This document shows positions 10,918 through 20,783 of a DNA stretch of 64,000 nucleotides, piece after piece. Every line of letters begins with the position of its first letter. The stretch's first letter is position 1. The notes under the pieces were generated by a model that ran no database searches, had not been told where the DNA came from, and saw only the letters and a list, made by a program, of their open reading frames with translations. The position numbers were made by a program, and so were the translations under genes. Origin of the DNA: Candidatus Omnitrophota bacterium (GTDB lineage: Bacteria > Omnitrophota > Gorgyraeia > 1-14-0-20-64-10); contig JAHFFE010000002.1 of NCBI GenBank assembly GCA_023248155.1, forward strand, positions 42,263 to 106,262. Reading direction: 5' to 3'.

Positions 10918-12103
10918 TCGCGGCCTGATTTACGCGGCCGCGTTTTTGCGCGCGCTCGCCATTGGCCTTCTCGGTGTTTTATTCGCTTTGACGCTGGCCG
11001 CGCGCGGACTGCGCGCCGGTGAAATCGGAGCGCTGGTCGCCGTCGGCATCGCCGGATGCGCCTGCGGCACATTCTTCGTCGGATTCTGGGCCGATTCGTT
11101 CGGCCGCCGCAATACGCTGCTGCTGCTTTCCGCGTTGTCGGTTTTCGGCGCTATTCTTCTGCTGATCTCCCAATCGTTCATCGTTTTGCTGGCAGCCTGT
11201 TTCATTGGCATGGTCAATGCCATGGGGCGGGAGCGCGGCGCTTTCTTTACGCTGGAACAGGCGATCCTTCCAGAGTCGATCGATGCCGCCGGCCGCACGC
11301 ACGCGTTGGCCTGGTACAACGTGATGATCGACGCCGGCCAGGCGACCGGCGCGCTGATGGGCGGTCTGCCGTTTTTACTGCGCCGGCAGTGGGCGGTTCC
11401 CGAGGTGCAGTCGTATCAAACGCTCTGGTGGATTTACCTTGCTCTGGCGCTGGGCTGCCTGCTGCTCTACACCCGGCTAAGCACCGCCGTCGAAATTCAT
11501 GGGCCTATGCCCTGGCATCAGGTTTCCAAAAATTCCCGTAGTATCATTACCCGGTTAAGTCTTTTATTCGGCTTCGATAGTCTGGCCGGCGGATTTTTGC
11601 CCAGCAGTTTGATCGCCTACTGGTTTTTTAAACGGTTTGGCGTCGGGGAAGAACTCGCGGCGCCTTTATTTTTCTTCTCGCACATCGCCAACGCGGTTTC
11701 GTATCTGGTGGCGGTCCGGCTGGCCAGGCGGATCGGTCTGGTCAAGACGATGGTTTTCACGCATATCCCGGGCAACATTTGCCTGATGGCAATTCCGTTC
11801 GCGCCCAGCCTGCCGATTGCCGCTCTGCTTTATTTCTTGCGCGAATGTCTGGTGGAAATGGATGTTCCGACGCGCCAGTCGTATGTGATGGCCGTGGTGG
11901 CTCCCGGCGAACGGACGATGGCCGCCGGCATTACCAACATGACGCGGCTCTGCGCCTGGACCGTGGCGCCGACGCTGGCCGGGCTGGCGATGCAGTCGGC
12001 CGCGATGAGCGTTCCGTTGGTGCTGGGCGGCGGCATGAAAATTGTTTATGACGGCATGCTCTATTATTCGTTCCGTTCTATCAAGCCGCCCGAGGAATTA
12101 TGA
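10886..12103 (+). CDS. MFS transporter (start uncertain)
   Basis: ADSFGRR motif A, about 12 TM segments, MDVPTRQSY. Confidence 0.9.
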   Translation: MKFSPLKSPTDRGLIYAAAFLRALAIGLLGVLFALTLAARGLRAGEIGALVAVGIAGCACGTFFVGFWADSFGRRNTLLLLSALSVFGAILLLISQSFIVLLAACFIGMVNAMGRERGAFFTLEQAILPESIDAAGRTHALAWYNVMIDAGQATGALMGGLPFLLRRQWAVPEVQSYQTLWWIYLALALGCLLLYTRLSTAVEIHGPMPWHQVSKNSRSIITRLSLLFGFDSLAGGFLPSSLIAYWFFKRFGVGEELAAPLFFFSHIANAVSYLVAVRLARRIGLVKTMVFTHIPGNICLMAIPFAPSLPIAALLYFLRECLVEMDVPTRQSYVMAVVAPGERTMAAGITNMTRLCAWTVAPTLAGLAMQSAAMSVPLVLGGGMKIVYDGMLYYSFRSIKPPEEL

Positions 12104-12459
12104 TTACCGTAATCATTGATGGGAATAATGTCTTTCGCGCGCTGGGCGTCTGGAAAGATCCCGCGGCTGAAGGTTTTTTGCAGGAACTGGAAATGGCTGC
12201 CATTGAAAAAGACTGGCAGGTGATGGTGGTGTTCGACGGCCCGGCGCGGTATCTGCCGCGTGAAACCGGCCCGCTGATCGTTCAGTACGGTAACGGCCGG
12301 CAGGCCGATACGCTGATCGAGCGTATGGTCTATGAAAGCAAAGACCGTTTTTCCGTCATTGTCGTTACGCGCGATTACTCAGTCGCCGATGTGGCACGCG
12401 GTTTCGGCGCGCGGTCCTGGCTGCCGGAAATGTTGAAGCAGGAGATCAATTCCAAATAG
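12100..12459 (+). CDS. NYN/YacP-like PIN-fold protein
   Basis: IIDGNN, VVFDG, ADTLI, VVTRD. Confidence 0.8.
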   Translation: MITVIIDGNNVFRALGVWKDPAAEGFLQELEMAAIEKDWQVMVVFDGPARYLPRETGPLIVQYGNGRQADTLIERMVYESKDRFSVIVVTRDYSVADVARGFGARSWLPEMLKQEINSK

Positions 12460-12496
12460 CGTTGCGGACGGTTTTTAATTCATATAAAGTATCCCT

Positions 12497-13051
12497 ATGA
12501 GCAAAAACCCGCGCATTCTTCCGATTGAGAAGAAGAGCGATATTCCTTCCAAATACCGCGGTACGCCGATCGGATCGTTTGCCGGATACCATAACCTCGG
12601 CCTGCCGGTGAAGCCGTTCACCGGGGCGCAGATGCTGGTCGGCATGTGCATGGATAACCGCAAGCATTTGAATATCCCGGATAATTTTGCCTATATCATC
12701 CGCGCGGCGGGCGCGAATCTGCGGTACAGCGAATTTAAAATTTCGTATGCCATCGGTGTAGGCGGTGTCTCGCATCTGGCGTTGATCGGTCATACGCAGT
12801 GCGGCATGCAGAACCTGGCCGGAAAAAAAGCGGCGTTCATCCGCGGACTCGTGAAGCGGGCCGGTTGGAACAAGCGCCAGGCCGAAGAACATTTTCTGAA
12901 TTTTTGTATGATGTTTGAAATTGGATCGGTGCAGCGATTTATTGTGAGCGAAGTGATGCGGCTGCGTGCCCGTTATCCGAAAATCTCCGTGGCACCGATG
13001 CTCTATAAAGTCGAAGACAGCCGGCTCTATTTTCTGGAAGACGGTTCTTAG
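12497..13051 (+). CDS. Beta-class carbonic anhydrase-like protein
   Basis: CMDNR and GHTQCG zinc-ligand motifs. Confidence 0.85.
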   Translation: MSKNPRILPIEKKSDIPSKYRGTPIGSFAGYHNLGLPVKPFTGAQMLVGMCMDNRKHLNIPDNFAYIIRAAGANLRYSEFKISYAIGVGGVSHLALIGHTQCGMQNLAGKKAAFIRGLVKRAGWNKRQAEEHFLNFCMMFEIGSVQRFIVSEVMRLRARYPKISVAPMLYKVEDSRLYFLEDGS

Positions 13052-13068
13052 CAAGGGGAGAAAAGACC

Positions 13069-13620
13069 ATGATGGGATGGATTGTTTTAGCGCTCGTCGC
13101 AGTAATCGTGTTGTGGGCGGTGTCGGTTTACAATCAGCTCACGCAGTTGAAAATCCGGGCCGACGGTTCCTGGTCGGACATTGATGTCCAGTTGAAGCGG
13201 CGGCATGATTTGATTCCCAACCTGGTCGAGACGGTGAAGGGCTATGCCGCGCATGAACAGAAAGTTTTTCAAGCGGTTACCGAAGCGCGCTCCCGCGCGA
13301 TGCAGGCCGAAAACCCGGTTTCCCGTGGACAGGCCGAAGCCGGATTATCCGGCGCTCTGAAAAGCCTGTTCGCCGTGGCTGAAGGTTATCCGCAGCTGCG
13401 CGCCAGTGAAAATTTTCAGGGCCTGCAAAGTTCACTGACGCAGACGGAAGAAGCGATCCAGAGCGCGCGCCGCTATTACAACGCCGTCGTGCGCGATTAC
13501 AACACCAAGGTCAGCGTGATTCCGGACCGTTTTGTCGCCGGTGCGGCCGGTTTTCAGGCCAAGGAATTTTTCCAACCCGACAGCGCGGAAGAGCGGCAGA
13601 ACACCAAGGTTTCGTTCTAG
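13069..13620 (+). CDS. lemA: LemA family protein
   Basis: IDVQLKRRHDLIPNLVETVKGYA and RRYYN. Confidence 0.95.
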   Translation: MMGWIVLALVAVIVLWAVSVYNQLTQLKIRADGSWSDIDVQLKRRHDLIPNLVETVKGYAAHEQKVFQAVTEARSRAMQAENPVSRGQAEAGLSGALKSLFAVAEGYPQLRASENFQGLQSSLTQTEEAIQSARRYYNAVVRDYNTKVSVIPDRFVAGAAGFQAKEFFQPDSAEERQNTKVSF

Positions 13621-13634
13621 AGCTGGTTTCGTAA

Positions 13635-15374
13635 ATGACAAGTGCTGTCATTTCTCCGCCAGAGGCGGACCCGCCGATCGTTTTGGCGGGGAGGTTCCCC
13701 TCCCGCCGAGAAATCTTGGGGTTTTTCTTTAGCGCATTCTTTTTCTTGGCAGTTCCTGTTGCCTGGGCCTGGGAAATTGAATCGTTTGATGCCGATCTGA
13801 CCGTCGAGAAAAACGGTTCTCTGCTGGTCACCGAGCATATTCAGGTTGATTTTCAGGGCGAACAGAAACACGGCATCTACCGCGACATTCCGATCCGCGC
13901 GACCGATACCTCCGGAAAATCGCGGCCGATCTTTATCGAATTTCTCGGCGCTTCCGATGAACAGGACACTCCGTGGGGTGCGCAGGTTTCCCGGCAGGGC
14001 GAGTTCCGCCACATTCGCCTGGGTTCTTCCGATAGAACTTATTCCGGCCGCAAACTGTTTGCGATTTCTTACACCGTCCAGAATGCGTTCGACGCCTATC
14101 CCGATTACGATGAACTCTACTGGAACGTGACCGGTAACCAGTGGCAGGTTGCGATCCGGCATGCATCCGCCGCGATTCATTTTCCTCCCGCAATTTCCGC
14201 CAGAGAGATAAAATTCACCGCGTATACCGGTGCTTATGGTTCCAGGGAACAGTCGGTACAAATGACGCGTGTTGATCCGGCCACCGTGCGGTATGAAGCG
14301 ACCCGTTCATTCGCTCCCGGCGAGGGATTAACGGTCGTGGCCGGATGGCCGAAGGGGCTGGTTCCGCTTCCATCGGAAGCCCAGCGGGTGGGCTGGCTGC
14401 TTTCGGAGAACCGGCTCTGGTTTATTCCATTTCTGGTTGCGATTGGCATGTTCGCGATTTGGTGGCGGTTCGGAAAAGATATGTCGCCGGGATCGGTGGC
14501 GACTCGGTATGAGCCGCCTGAAAACATCAGTCCGGCCGAAGCCGGATTTTTGTTGAGTGAACGGGAGCAACTTTCGCAGGTGACCGCCACGCTGGTCGAT
14601 CTCTCCAGCCGTGGTTTTTTGCAGATTGAGCCGTTTCGGGGAGATGATTACCGCCTCAGCTTGGCATCCCCCCCACGATCATTGTCCCAACTCAAACCGC
14701 ACGAAAAATTTTTATTGGAAGATGTCTTTGCAGAATCTTCCGGCATTGTGCTTTTATCCGAGCTTGAAAACAAATTTTATTCGAAACTGCCTGGTATTCA
14801 GGGCGCGATTTATAATCAACTGACTGCGCAGTCGTACTGGTACGGACGTCCCGGAAATGTGCGTTCCATCTGGAACATCACAGCTTTTTACCTTTTGGGG
14901 ATCATGACTTTTATTACTCAGCCGTCCGATCTGTGGGATCTGTTTCCGGCAGTTGCTTCCGCAGGGGTCATTTGCTTATTCGGCCAGTTTATGCCGCGGC
15001 GGACATGGAAGGGCGTTCAAGCGCGCCGGGAATTGCTGGGCCTGAAAGAATTTTTATCGCGTACCGACGAAGATCGGATCCGCCGGGAAAAAGACCCTAA
15101 AATTTTGTTTGAACGGATGATGCCGTACGCGATGGTGTTTGGCGTAGCAGGGGCCTGGGCGCATACCTTCGAGAAATTATATAAGGAAGATCCGGCCCGG
15201 TACGGTTTTTCAAACGGCTATTCTCCAATGCTTTTTTATCACCGCTGGGATCTGGCGCAGCAACGGATGAATACAGTGCTGGCTTCTGCGCCGCGCAGCA
15301 GCGGCAGCGGATTTTCCGGCGGAGGCGGTTTCAGCGGCGGCGGTGGGGGTGGCGGCGGCGGCGGGTCATGGTAA
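13635..15374 (+). CDS. DUF2207 membrane protein
   Basis: HGIYRDIP, ELYWNVTG, C-terminal GGGGGGSW; usual lemA neighbour. Confidence 0.9.
   Translation: MTSAVISPPEADPPIVLAGRFPSRREILGFFFSAFFFLAVPVAWAWEIESFDADLTVEKNGSLLVTEHIQVDFQGEQKHGIYRDIPIRATDTSGKSRPIFIEFLGASDEQDTPWGAQVSRQGEFRHIRLGSSDRTYSGRKLFAISYTVQNAFDAYPDYDELYWNVTGNQWQVAIRHASAAIHFPPAISAREIKFTAYTGAYGSREQSVQMTRVDPATVRYEATRSFAPGEGLTVVAGWPKGLVPLPSEAQRVGWLLSENRLWFIPFLVAIGMFAIWWRFGKDMSPGSVATRYEPPENISPAEAGFLLSEREQLSQVTATLVDLSSRGFLQIEPFRGDDYRLSLASPPRSLSQLKPHEKFLLEDVFAESSGIVLLSELENKFYSKLPGIQGAIYNQLTAQSYWYGRPGNVRSIWNITAFYLLGIMTFITQPSDLWDLFPAVASAGVICLFGQFMPRRTWKGVQARRELLGLKEFLSRTDEDRIRREKDPKILFERMMPYAMVFGVAGAWAHTFEKLYKEDPARYGFSNGYSPMLFYHRWDLAQQRMNTVLASAPRSSGSGFSGGGGFSGGGGGGGGGGSW
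13646..13716. repeat. REP-like palindrome (TGTCATTTC...GAGAAATCT) in the DUF2207 5' region
   Basis: atttctc/gagaaat outer stem with ccgcc/ggcgg inner stems. Confidence 0.6.
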
Positions 15375-15403
15375 ATAGAGTACAGGTAAGGTAGAATTTT
15401 AAA

Positions 15404-16048
15404 ATGAGTTCTAAAAATATTGAGCGGTTGGAAGAAAAGATGTCCGGCCTTGAGCCGGAGTCGCTGCGGTACCAGACACTGAAAGCGGCCAAACAGTTTA
15501 AACTTTCCTGGATTGAACTGGGCCAGATGCTGTGGACCGTCTACAAGGACAAGAAATTCCGCGAATGGGGCTATCTCGCGTTTGATGCCTATTGCTCCAA
15601 AGAAGTCGGCATCCGCGAAGCGACCGCCAAAAAACTTCTGCAGTCCTACTACTTTCTGGAAAAAGAAGAGCCGACCATTCTTCGCCAGTTGAAAGAAGAG
15701 ACGACGCCTGAAAAAATGCCGTCGCCCGATTCGGTGAATCTGCTGCGCCTGCTTAAAAACAAGCCCGAGGTGACCGAGCAAAGTTATCAGAAAGTGCGCG
15801 GCTATGTGCTTGAGAAGGGCAAGGAAGCGCCCGAGATCCGCAAAGAAGTTAAAACCATTTTAGACGAGTCCCGGACCGACGACGAAGATCCGGAAGAAGC
15901 GCGCGATCAGCGGACCCGTACGACGGTCCGCCGCATGGTCGGAACGTTGAAATCGATCCGCCAGCAGTTGACGACCGGCGATCTGGTTCCGGAAAAACTG
16001 TTGAAAGAGATCGACGCGCTTTCTGAAAAACTCGAGGGGATTCTTTAG
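15404..16048 (+). CDS. Hypothetical charged helical protein
   Basis: 214-aa ORF, coding-like composition, co-directional with neighbours. Confidence 0.8.
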   Translation: MSSKNIERLEEKMSGLEPESLRYQTLKAAKQFKLSWIELGQMLWTVYKDKKFREWGYLAFDAYCSKEVGIREATAKKLLQSYYFLEKEEPTILRQLKEETTPEKMPSPDSVNLLRLLKNKPEVTEQSYQKVRGYVLEKGKEAPEIRKEVKTILDESRTDDEDPEEARDQRTRTTVRRMVGTLKSIRQQLTTGDLVPEKLLKEIDALSEKLEGIL

Positions 16049-16055
16049 AACCGGC

Positions 16056-16418
16056 ATGGAACCATGGCCGGTCCGGTTTGCAGTTTGGATGAGTCAAAGA
16101 AATGGCCGTTCGTTCGCGCGCGCACTGCATTCGAAAATGCGTCAGCGCGGTTTGTTGACGACGGCATCGCTTCCGATGGAACAATGGAATTTGTTTTTAG
16201 ACGGCCGGCTTGGCTGGAAAATGCTGGGTCCCGGCCGGTATCAATTTACCGACGGGCAGACGCTCTCGCTGAAACAGTTTTCGACAGCCGATGCCCTGGT
16301 GGAGAAACTTGCAGCAATTGAATTAACAGCGGTCAGCCGCGAATTGCCGCCGCCGTTACAGGCGCGCGTGATTGATGAGGCGATTCGTGCGGCAATGACC
16401 GAATGGAAACGGAGATAA
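16056..16418 (+). CDS. Hypothetical protein
   Basis: Fills the operon gap with 6-7 nt spacing on both sides. Confidence 0.65.
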   Translation: MEPWPVRFAVWMSQRNGRSFARALHSKMRQRGLLTTASLPMEQWNLFLDGRLGWKMLGPGRYQFTDGQTLSLKQFSTADALVEKLAAIELTAVSRELPPPLQARVIDEAIRAAMTEWKRR

Positions 16419-16424
16419 GCACCG

Positions 16425-17681
16425 ATGACACCCATTGGATTAAAGCGGGGCCTTCGAACCCCGTTTGTGAAAATGAGCAAGGAGTTCGCCCGCCTTAACG
16501 CGGTTAAACTTTCAACCCGGCTGATTGACGCCATTCTTGAGAAACAGCTGGTTCCGGCCGACCGGATTCAGCACCTGATCTGGGGCAGTGTAGTGGCCGA
16601 CCCGAATATTTATTCAATCGGCCGCGAAGCGGTACTGGGATCGAAGCTGGACAATCGCGTCGAGGCTTACAGCGTCACGCGCGCCTGCGCCACATCGTTG
16701 CAGGCGGCGGCGAATGCGGTTACCTATTACCAGACTTTTCCGGGCGATGCTTCGATCGCGCTGGTCGGCGGCGTCGAATCATTTTCAACGGCCCGTCCTG
16801 TGATTACCGACGAAGCGGCCGCATTTTTTCAGACGATGGCGTCCAAGGCCTCGGTATTTCAGAAGCTGGGCGCTTTTATTAAAACGCCGTTCTGGAAATT
16901 AATGCCGACAGCGCCGTCGGCCAAGGAATATTCGACCGGCCTGACTATGGGCCAGCATTGCGAACAGATGGTGAAAGCGTTTAAAGTTTCACGCCAACGG
17001 CAGGATCGTCTGGCGCTTGCATCGCATCAGAACGCCGTGAAAGCGCGGCCGTTTCTGGCGTCGCAGTTGGTCACCATCGACGGCACGGCGAAAGATACGC
17101 TGATCCGCCAGGACACCTCACTGCAGGCGCTGGGGGCGCTGGCTCCCGTCTTTGACCGCTCGAGCGCGGGAACATTGACGGCCGGCAACTCCAGCCCGTT
17201 AACCGACGGCGCGGCGGCGTTATTCTGCATTTCTCCGTCGCTGGAACGGGTCGTTCCCCCCGAGGCCTACCTGTCTGATTTTGAATTTGTCGGCGTGGAA
17301 CCGAAGGACGGACTTTTGATGGGACCGGGTAAGGCGATGCTGCGCATTCTACAGCGCCGTAAACTGCGCTGGAACGAAATCGATTATGTCGAATTTCATG
17401 AAGCGTTTGCCGGGCAGGTCCTCTGCAACATCGAGGCGATCAACAGCCCGGTCTACCGCAAAAATAGTTACGGCATTGATTATGATGCCGGCACGCTCGA
17501 CGAAGCGCGCATCAATTCGTGGGGCGGCTCGGTCGCTTACGGCCATCCGTTCGGCGCCACCGGCGCCCGGATGCTCAACCAGGCGATTACCTATCTGATG
17601 GAGACCAAGTCCCGCCGCGCGCTGATCGGCATCTGCACGGCCGGCGGTCTCGGCGGAGCGGCGCTTGTTGAGCGTCGATAA
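16425..17681 (+). CDS. Acetyl-CoA C-acyltransferase (thiolase, FadI-like)
   Basis: RACATS, NSSPLTDGA, HEAFAGQ, GHPFGATG, CTAGG. Confidence 0.93.
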   Translation: MTPIGLKRGLRTPFVKMSKEFARLNAVKLSTRLIDAILEKQLVPADRIQHLIWGSVVADPNIYSIGREAVLGSKLDNRVEAYSVTRACATSLQAAANAVTYYQTFPGDASIALVGGVESFSTARPVITDEAAAFFQTMASKASVFQKLGAFIKTPFWKLMPTAPSAKEYSTGLTMGQHCEQMVKAFKVSRQRQDRLALASHQNAVKARPFLASQLVTIDGTAKDTLIRQDTSLQALGALAPVFDRSSAGTLTAGNSSPLTDGAAALFCISPSLERVVPPEAYLSDFEFVGVEPKDGLLMGPGKAMLRILQRRKLRWNEIDYVEFHEAFAGQVLCNIEAINSPVYRKNSYGIDYDAGTLDEARINSWGGSVAYGHPFGATGARMLNQAITYLMETKSRRALIGICTAGGLGGAALVERR

Positions 17682-18057
17682 CCGGTTGCGGTTTGTTGGG
17701 CTATGGCTGCCGGTTATCGCCTACATCGCGTTTATTTTCTGGCTCTCCTCGGCGCCGCGGACCGCGCCCTCTTTTTTAAAATGGCCCGGCGGCGATAAGG
17801 CGTTCCATACCGTTGAATATGCAGGCCTCGGTGTTTTGCTGCTGCGCGCGCTGAACGGATCCTGGCCGTCCAAATATGAATGGGGTCAGCTGATTCTGGC
17901 CGGCTGGTTTATCGCCATGATTATCGGCGGGCTCGATGAATATTATCAGCAGTTCACGCCGACGCGCTCCAGCAGCGTTCTCGACTGGTCGGCTGACGCC
18001 ATCGGCGCGTTGATGGGACAGATTCTCTACTGGTTAAAGGTCTCCAATAACCCCTAA
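17665..18057 (+). CDS. VanZ-like membrane protein
   Basis: DKAFH..EY, DEYYQ, R..S..DW.AD. Confidence 0.85.
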   Translation: MLSVDNRLRFVGLWLPVIAYIAFIFWLSSAPRTAPSFLKWPGGDKAFHTVEYAGLGVLLLRALNGSWPSKYEWGQLILAGWFIAMIIGGLDEYYQQFTPTRSSSVLDWSADAIGALMGQILYWLKVSNNP

Positions 18058-18118
18058 GCTTACTTCCCGTTTTTCCGAGCGGTCCCGCTGGGATTTAACT
18101 CAAAACCGGCTCGCTCTT

Positions 18119-19231
18119 TTGCGGTCGCAATTATCGGCGCAAGGCACCCCGGTAATTGATCTGACCGTTTCCAATCCGACGGCTATTGGGTTAACCTATC
18201 CGCCGGAATGGGTCGACGAACTGGCCGATCCGGCTGTTTTTTCGTACGCGCCCGACCCGAAAGGACTTTCGCTCGCGCGCCGCTCGGTCGCCGCTCTCTT
18301 TTCGAAAAAAGGGGTTCCGGTTACTGAAGAACAAATTGTTTTAACGGCCAGCACCAGCGAAGCGTATTCCTGGCTGTTTAAACTGTTGGGCGATCCCGGC
18401 AGTAATGTTTTGGTTCCTACGCCCAGTTATCCGTTATTTGGTTATCTGGCCGGCTTGAATGATCTGGAAGCCGTCCCTTATTTTTTACGCCGTACCGGCG
18501 ACGGCCCATGGCACCTGGACCGCGAATCGGTGGTCGCTGCGTTCGATGAAAAAACCTGCGCCGTGGTTGCCGTGCATCCAAACAATCCGACCGGCTCGGC
18601 GCTGCGCGCCGATGAAGCGCGCTGGCTGGCCGATTTTTGCGCCCAGCGCGGAGTTGCGCTGATTTCCGACGAGGTTTTCGCCGATTATTTGCACACGCCC
18701 GATCCGCAGATTCCGCCGACACTGCTGGGCAATTCCGGCGCGCTGACCTTTGCGCTGGGCGGGTTGTCCAAATTCGCGGCATTGCCGCAGATGAAAATGG
18801 GCTGGATCGCCTGCAACGGTCCGGCGGAGGATTGCGCGCAAGCGCTGGCGCGGCTGGAACTGATCGCCGACACCTATCTCTCGGTCAATACGCCGGTTCA
18901 GCGCGCGGCGCCGGCTTGGATTACGCAGGCCGACAGAATCCAGCAGCCGATCCGCAGCCGTTTGTCTGAGAATCTGAAATTTTTGCGCGAACAAACAGCC
19001 GCTGGATCCTGGCGTTTGTTGCCGTCGGACGGCGGCTGGAGCGCGGTGCTGCATAACCCGGCGCTGGCCGATGAAGAAACGTGGGCTGTTTCGCTGCTGG
19101 AAAAGAAAAATGTTTTTGTGCATCCCGGTTTCTTTTTTGATTTTGAACAGGAAGGATTTGTCGTCGTCAGTTTGTTGTGCGAACTCAAACAGTTCAGGGA
19201 AGGGATTACGCGGCTTTGCTCCCATGAATAA
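18119..19231 (+). CDS. PLP-dependent aminotransferase, class I/II (true start probably upstream)
   Basis: DLTVSNPT, PSYP, PNNPTG, SDEVF, GLSK. Confidence 0.92.
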   Translation: MRSQLSAQGTPVIDLTVSNPTAIGLTYPPEWVDELADPAVFSYAPDPKGLSLARRSVAALFSKKGVPVTEEQIVLTASTSEAYSWLFKLLGDPGSNVLVPTPSYPLFGYLAGLNDLEAVPYFLRRTGDGPWHLDRESVVAAFDEKTCAVVAVHPNNPTGSALRADEARWLADFCAQRGVALISDEVFADYLHTPDPQIPPTLLGNSGALTFALGGLSKFAALPQMKMGWIACNGPAEDCAQALARLELIADTYLSVNTPVQRAAPAWITQADRIQQPIRSRLSENLKFLREQTAAGSWRLLPSDGGWSAVLHNPALADEETWAVSLLEKKNVFVHPGFFFDFEQEGFVVVSLLCELKQFREGITRLCSHE

Positions 19232-20015
19232 AAAAATCCTGATTAGCTTGGTTATTTTTGGCATGGCATCAACGGCGCTGGGCGCGGAATCAACGCGCTG
19301 GCCCTATCCGAAAGAATCGGGCCGGTATCAGGTGCGGCAGTTGTCCAACAACGCGATTCTCTGGACGATTGACTGGACTACCACCGTCACGCAGTCGTCC
19401 GGACATGCGCAAATTCAGATTACGGAAACCGGAGAAGGAAAAATCCCGAAATATAAACAGCCGGTCAAATGGACAAAACAATTTTCATTTAAAGAATCGG
19501 AGGGCGGCACGCTCTCTTTTGATGAAATGAAATCAACCCGCTCGCTTCAGAGTGGAGAGTTTGTGGATGCATCGACGGTCACCCGCGGTTCAGGCGGAAT
19601 CAGCTACCACGATGCCGAGAAGGGAAAGAAAGAAAAGCAGGGAAATTTCCCGGGCGGTCCCGATGTGTTGCCCGACGAGATGTTGTTTCATTGGGCGCGC
19701 ATGGTTCCGAAAGAGGGACCCTTGCCGCAGCCGGTGCGCGAAGCGCTTTTTATTCTATCCGCCGGCCGGGCCGTGACAATGCAGGCCCGCGTTGCGAAAG
19801 TGGAAACCGTTAAAGTGCCGGCCGGAGAATTTGCCTGCTACCGGATGGAGCTTGCACCCAAGTTGCCGGGCGGACTAAAAATGTTTGCCCCGAAAATGAC
19901 CATTTGGTGCCGGCAGGAAGCGCCCTATGCGTGGGTTCGCTATGAAGGGCCGCTGGGTGGAAGCCCCGGTGCCCCGCGCGCTATAATTGAATTAATGGAA
20001 TGGAGCCATCAATAA
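19224..20015 (+). CDS. Exported protein, DUF3108-like C-terminus
   Basis: Signal peptide MNKKILISLVIFG; ETVKVPAGEFACY motif. Confidence 0.7.
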   Translation: MNKKILISLVIFGMASTALGAESTRWPYPKESGRYQVRQLSNNAILWTIDWTTTVTQSSGHAQIQITETGEGKIPKYKQPVKWTKQFSFKESEGGTLSFDEMKSTRSLQSGEFVDASTVTRGSGGISYHDAEKGKKEKQGNFPGGPDVLPDEMLFHWARMVPKEGPLPQPVREALFILSAGRAVTMQARVAKVETVKVPAGEFACYRMELAPKLPGGLKMFAPKMTIWCRQEAPYAWVRYEGPLGGSPGAPRAIIELMEWSHQ

Positions 20016-20155
20016 TGAAGATCAAGTGTGACCAGTGCGAGCGCGCGTTCGATGATGTGCTGATGCAGATTTCGGATCAAAATGGACAGATTTTGTACCT
20101 GTGCCCGGAATGTTTCACGGGCCATGCCGAGCATCCGGCCGACGAACAACCCTAA
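20015..20155 (+). CDS. 46-aa zinc-ribbon protein (below the ORF-track cutoff)
   Basis: TAATG stop/start overlap; CDQC...LCPEC. Confidence 0.7.
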   Translation: MKIKCDQCERAFDDVLMQISDQNGQILYLCPECFTGHAEHPADEQP

Positions 20156-20172
20156 AATTCTTCTCATTTCTT

Positions 20173-20310
20173 GAGTCAGTCCGGGAGCGGGTCCGTGAAC
20201 GCGCTCGAAATCGACTACCGATTTCTCGCTCCGGTTTCGGCCTTACCGGAAACCCCGCTGAAACGGCCTCAACAGGGTTCACGCGACCCATCTCCCGAAC
20301 TGCCTCTTAC
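20173..20310. repeat. 138-bp MITE/REPIN-like element, copy 1
   Basis: 4 mismatches to 51872-52009; about 30-bp imperfect terminal inverted repeats. Confidence 0.9.
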
Positions 20311-20324
20311 TCAGCTACGAAGCG

Positions 20325-20422
20325 GCTTCGGGTGACGCGGGCGGGAGAGGCCTCCGCCGCCACGCGCGCAGCGAAGCGAGCACGGACGGCGGAGAGTGTC
20401 CCCGAGCGGCAGGACCCGAAGC
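20325..20422. repeat. Adjacent palindromic element
   Basis: gcttcgggt/acccgaagc and ctccgccg/cggcggag stems. Confidence 0.65.
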
Positions 20423-20478
20423 GACGGAGATTTCTGGTATGCCCGAGCCGAATTGAGCACATCCAAAGTTTATTTCGT

Positions 20479-20520
20479 TTGACAAAACCGTATAGGTGAG
20501 GTATTGTACTTGTACGGTTT
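20479..20520 (+). promoter_or_regulatory. Sigma70 promoter with overlapping inverted repeat
   Basis: TTGACA-17-TATTGT; aaaccgta (20485) and tacggttt (20513). Confidence 0.75.
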
Positions 20521-20536
20521 ATTAGAGTAGAAAAAA

Positions 20537-20674
20537 ATGAATCAGAACTATACCTCGTATAAGAAGGCCATTTGTGCCATGACGGCTGTAGCAGCCGTGT
20601 GGCAGACGGATCTTTTTGTCTGTGCACCGATGCACGACTTGCGTCCGATGGGCCTTAAGGGAGGCGTTCTCTAG
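20537..20674 (+). CDS. Putative 45-aa attenuator leader peptide
   Basis: MNQNYTSYKKAICAMTAVAAVWQTDLFVCAPMHDLRPMGLKGGVL*, lying between promoter and terminator. Confidence 0.6.
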   Translation: MNQNYTSYKKAICAMTAVAAVWQTDLFVCAPMHDLRPMGLKGGVL

Positions 20675-20709
20675 TTCCAAAGTAGTCGATAAACAGAGTC
20701 AAAAACCTT

Positions 20710-20748
20710 AAAGGCCCATGATCAAACGATCGTGGGCCTTTCTCTTTT
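20710..20748 (+). terminator. Intrinsic terminator with alternative antiterminator pairing
   Basis: aaaggcccatgatc-aaac-gatcgtgggccttt-ctctttt; atgggccttaagg (20648-20660) is complementary to ccttaaaggcccat (20706-20719). Confidence 0.8.
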
Positions 20749-20783
20749 AGAACCCGCCATTGGGGCGAGGTTAACCAGGAGGA

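Noticed and set aside
15299-15374. GGC-rich low-complexity tract
   Set aside because: Normal Gly-rich C-terminus of DUF2207 proteins.
20101-20499. ORFs 20101..20499 and 51894..52112
   Set aside because: They are translations of the 138-bp palindromic repeat and its neighbours.
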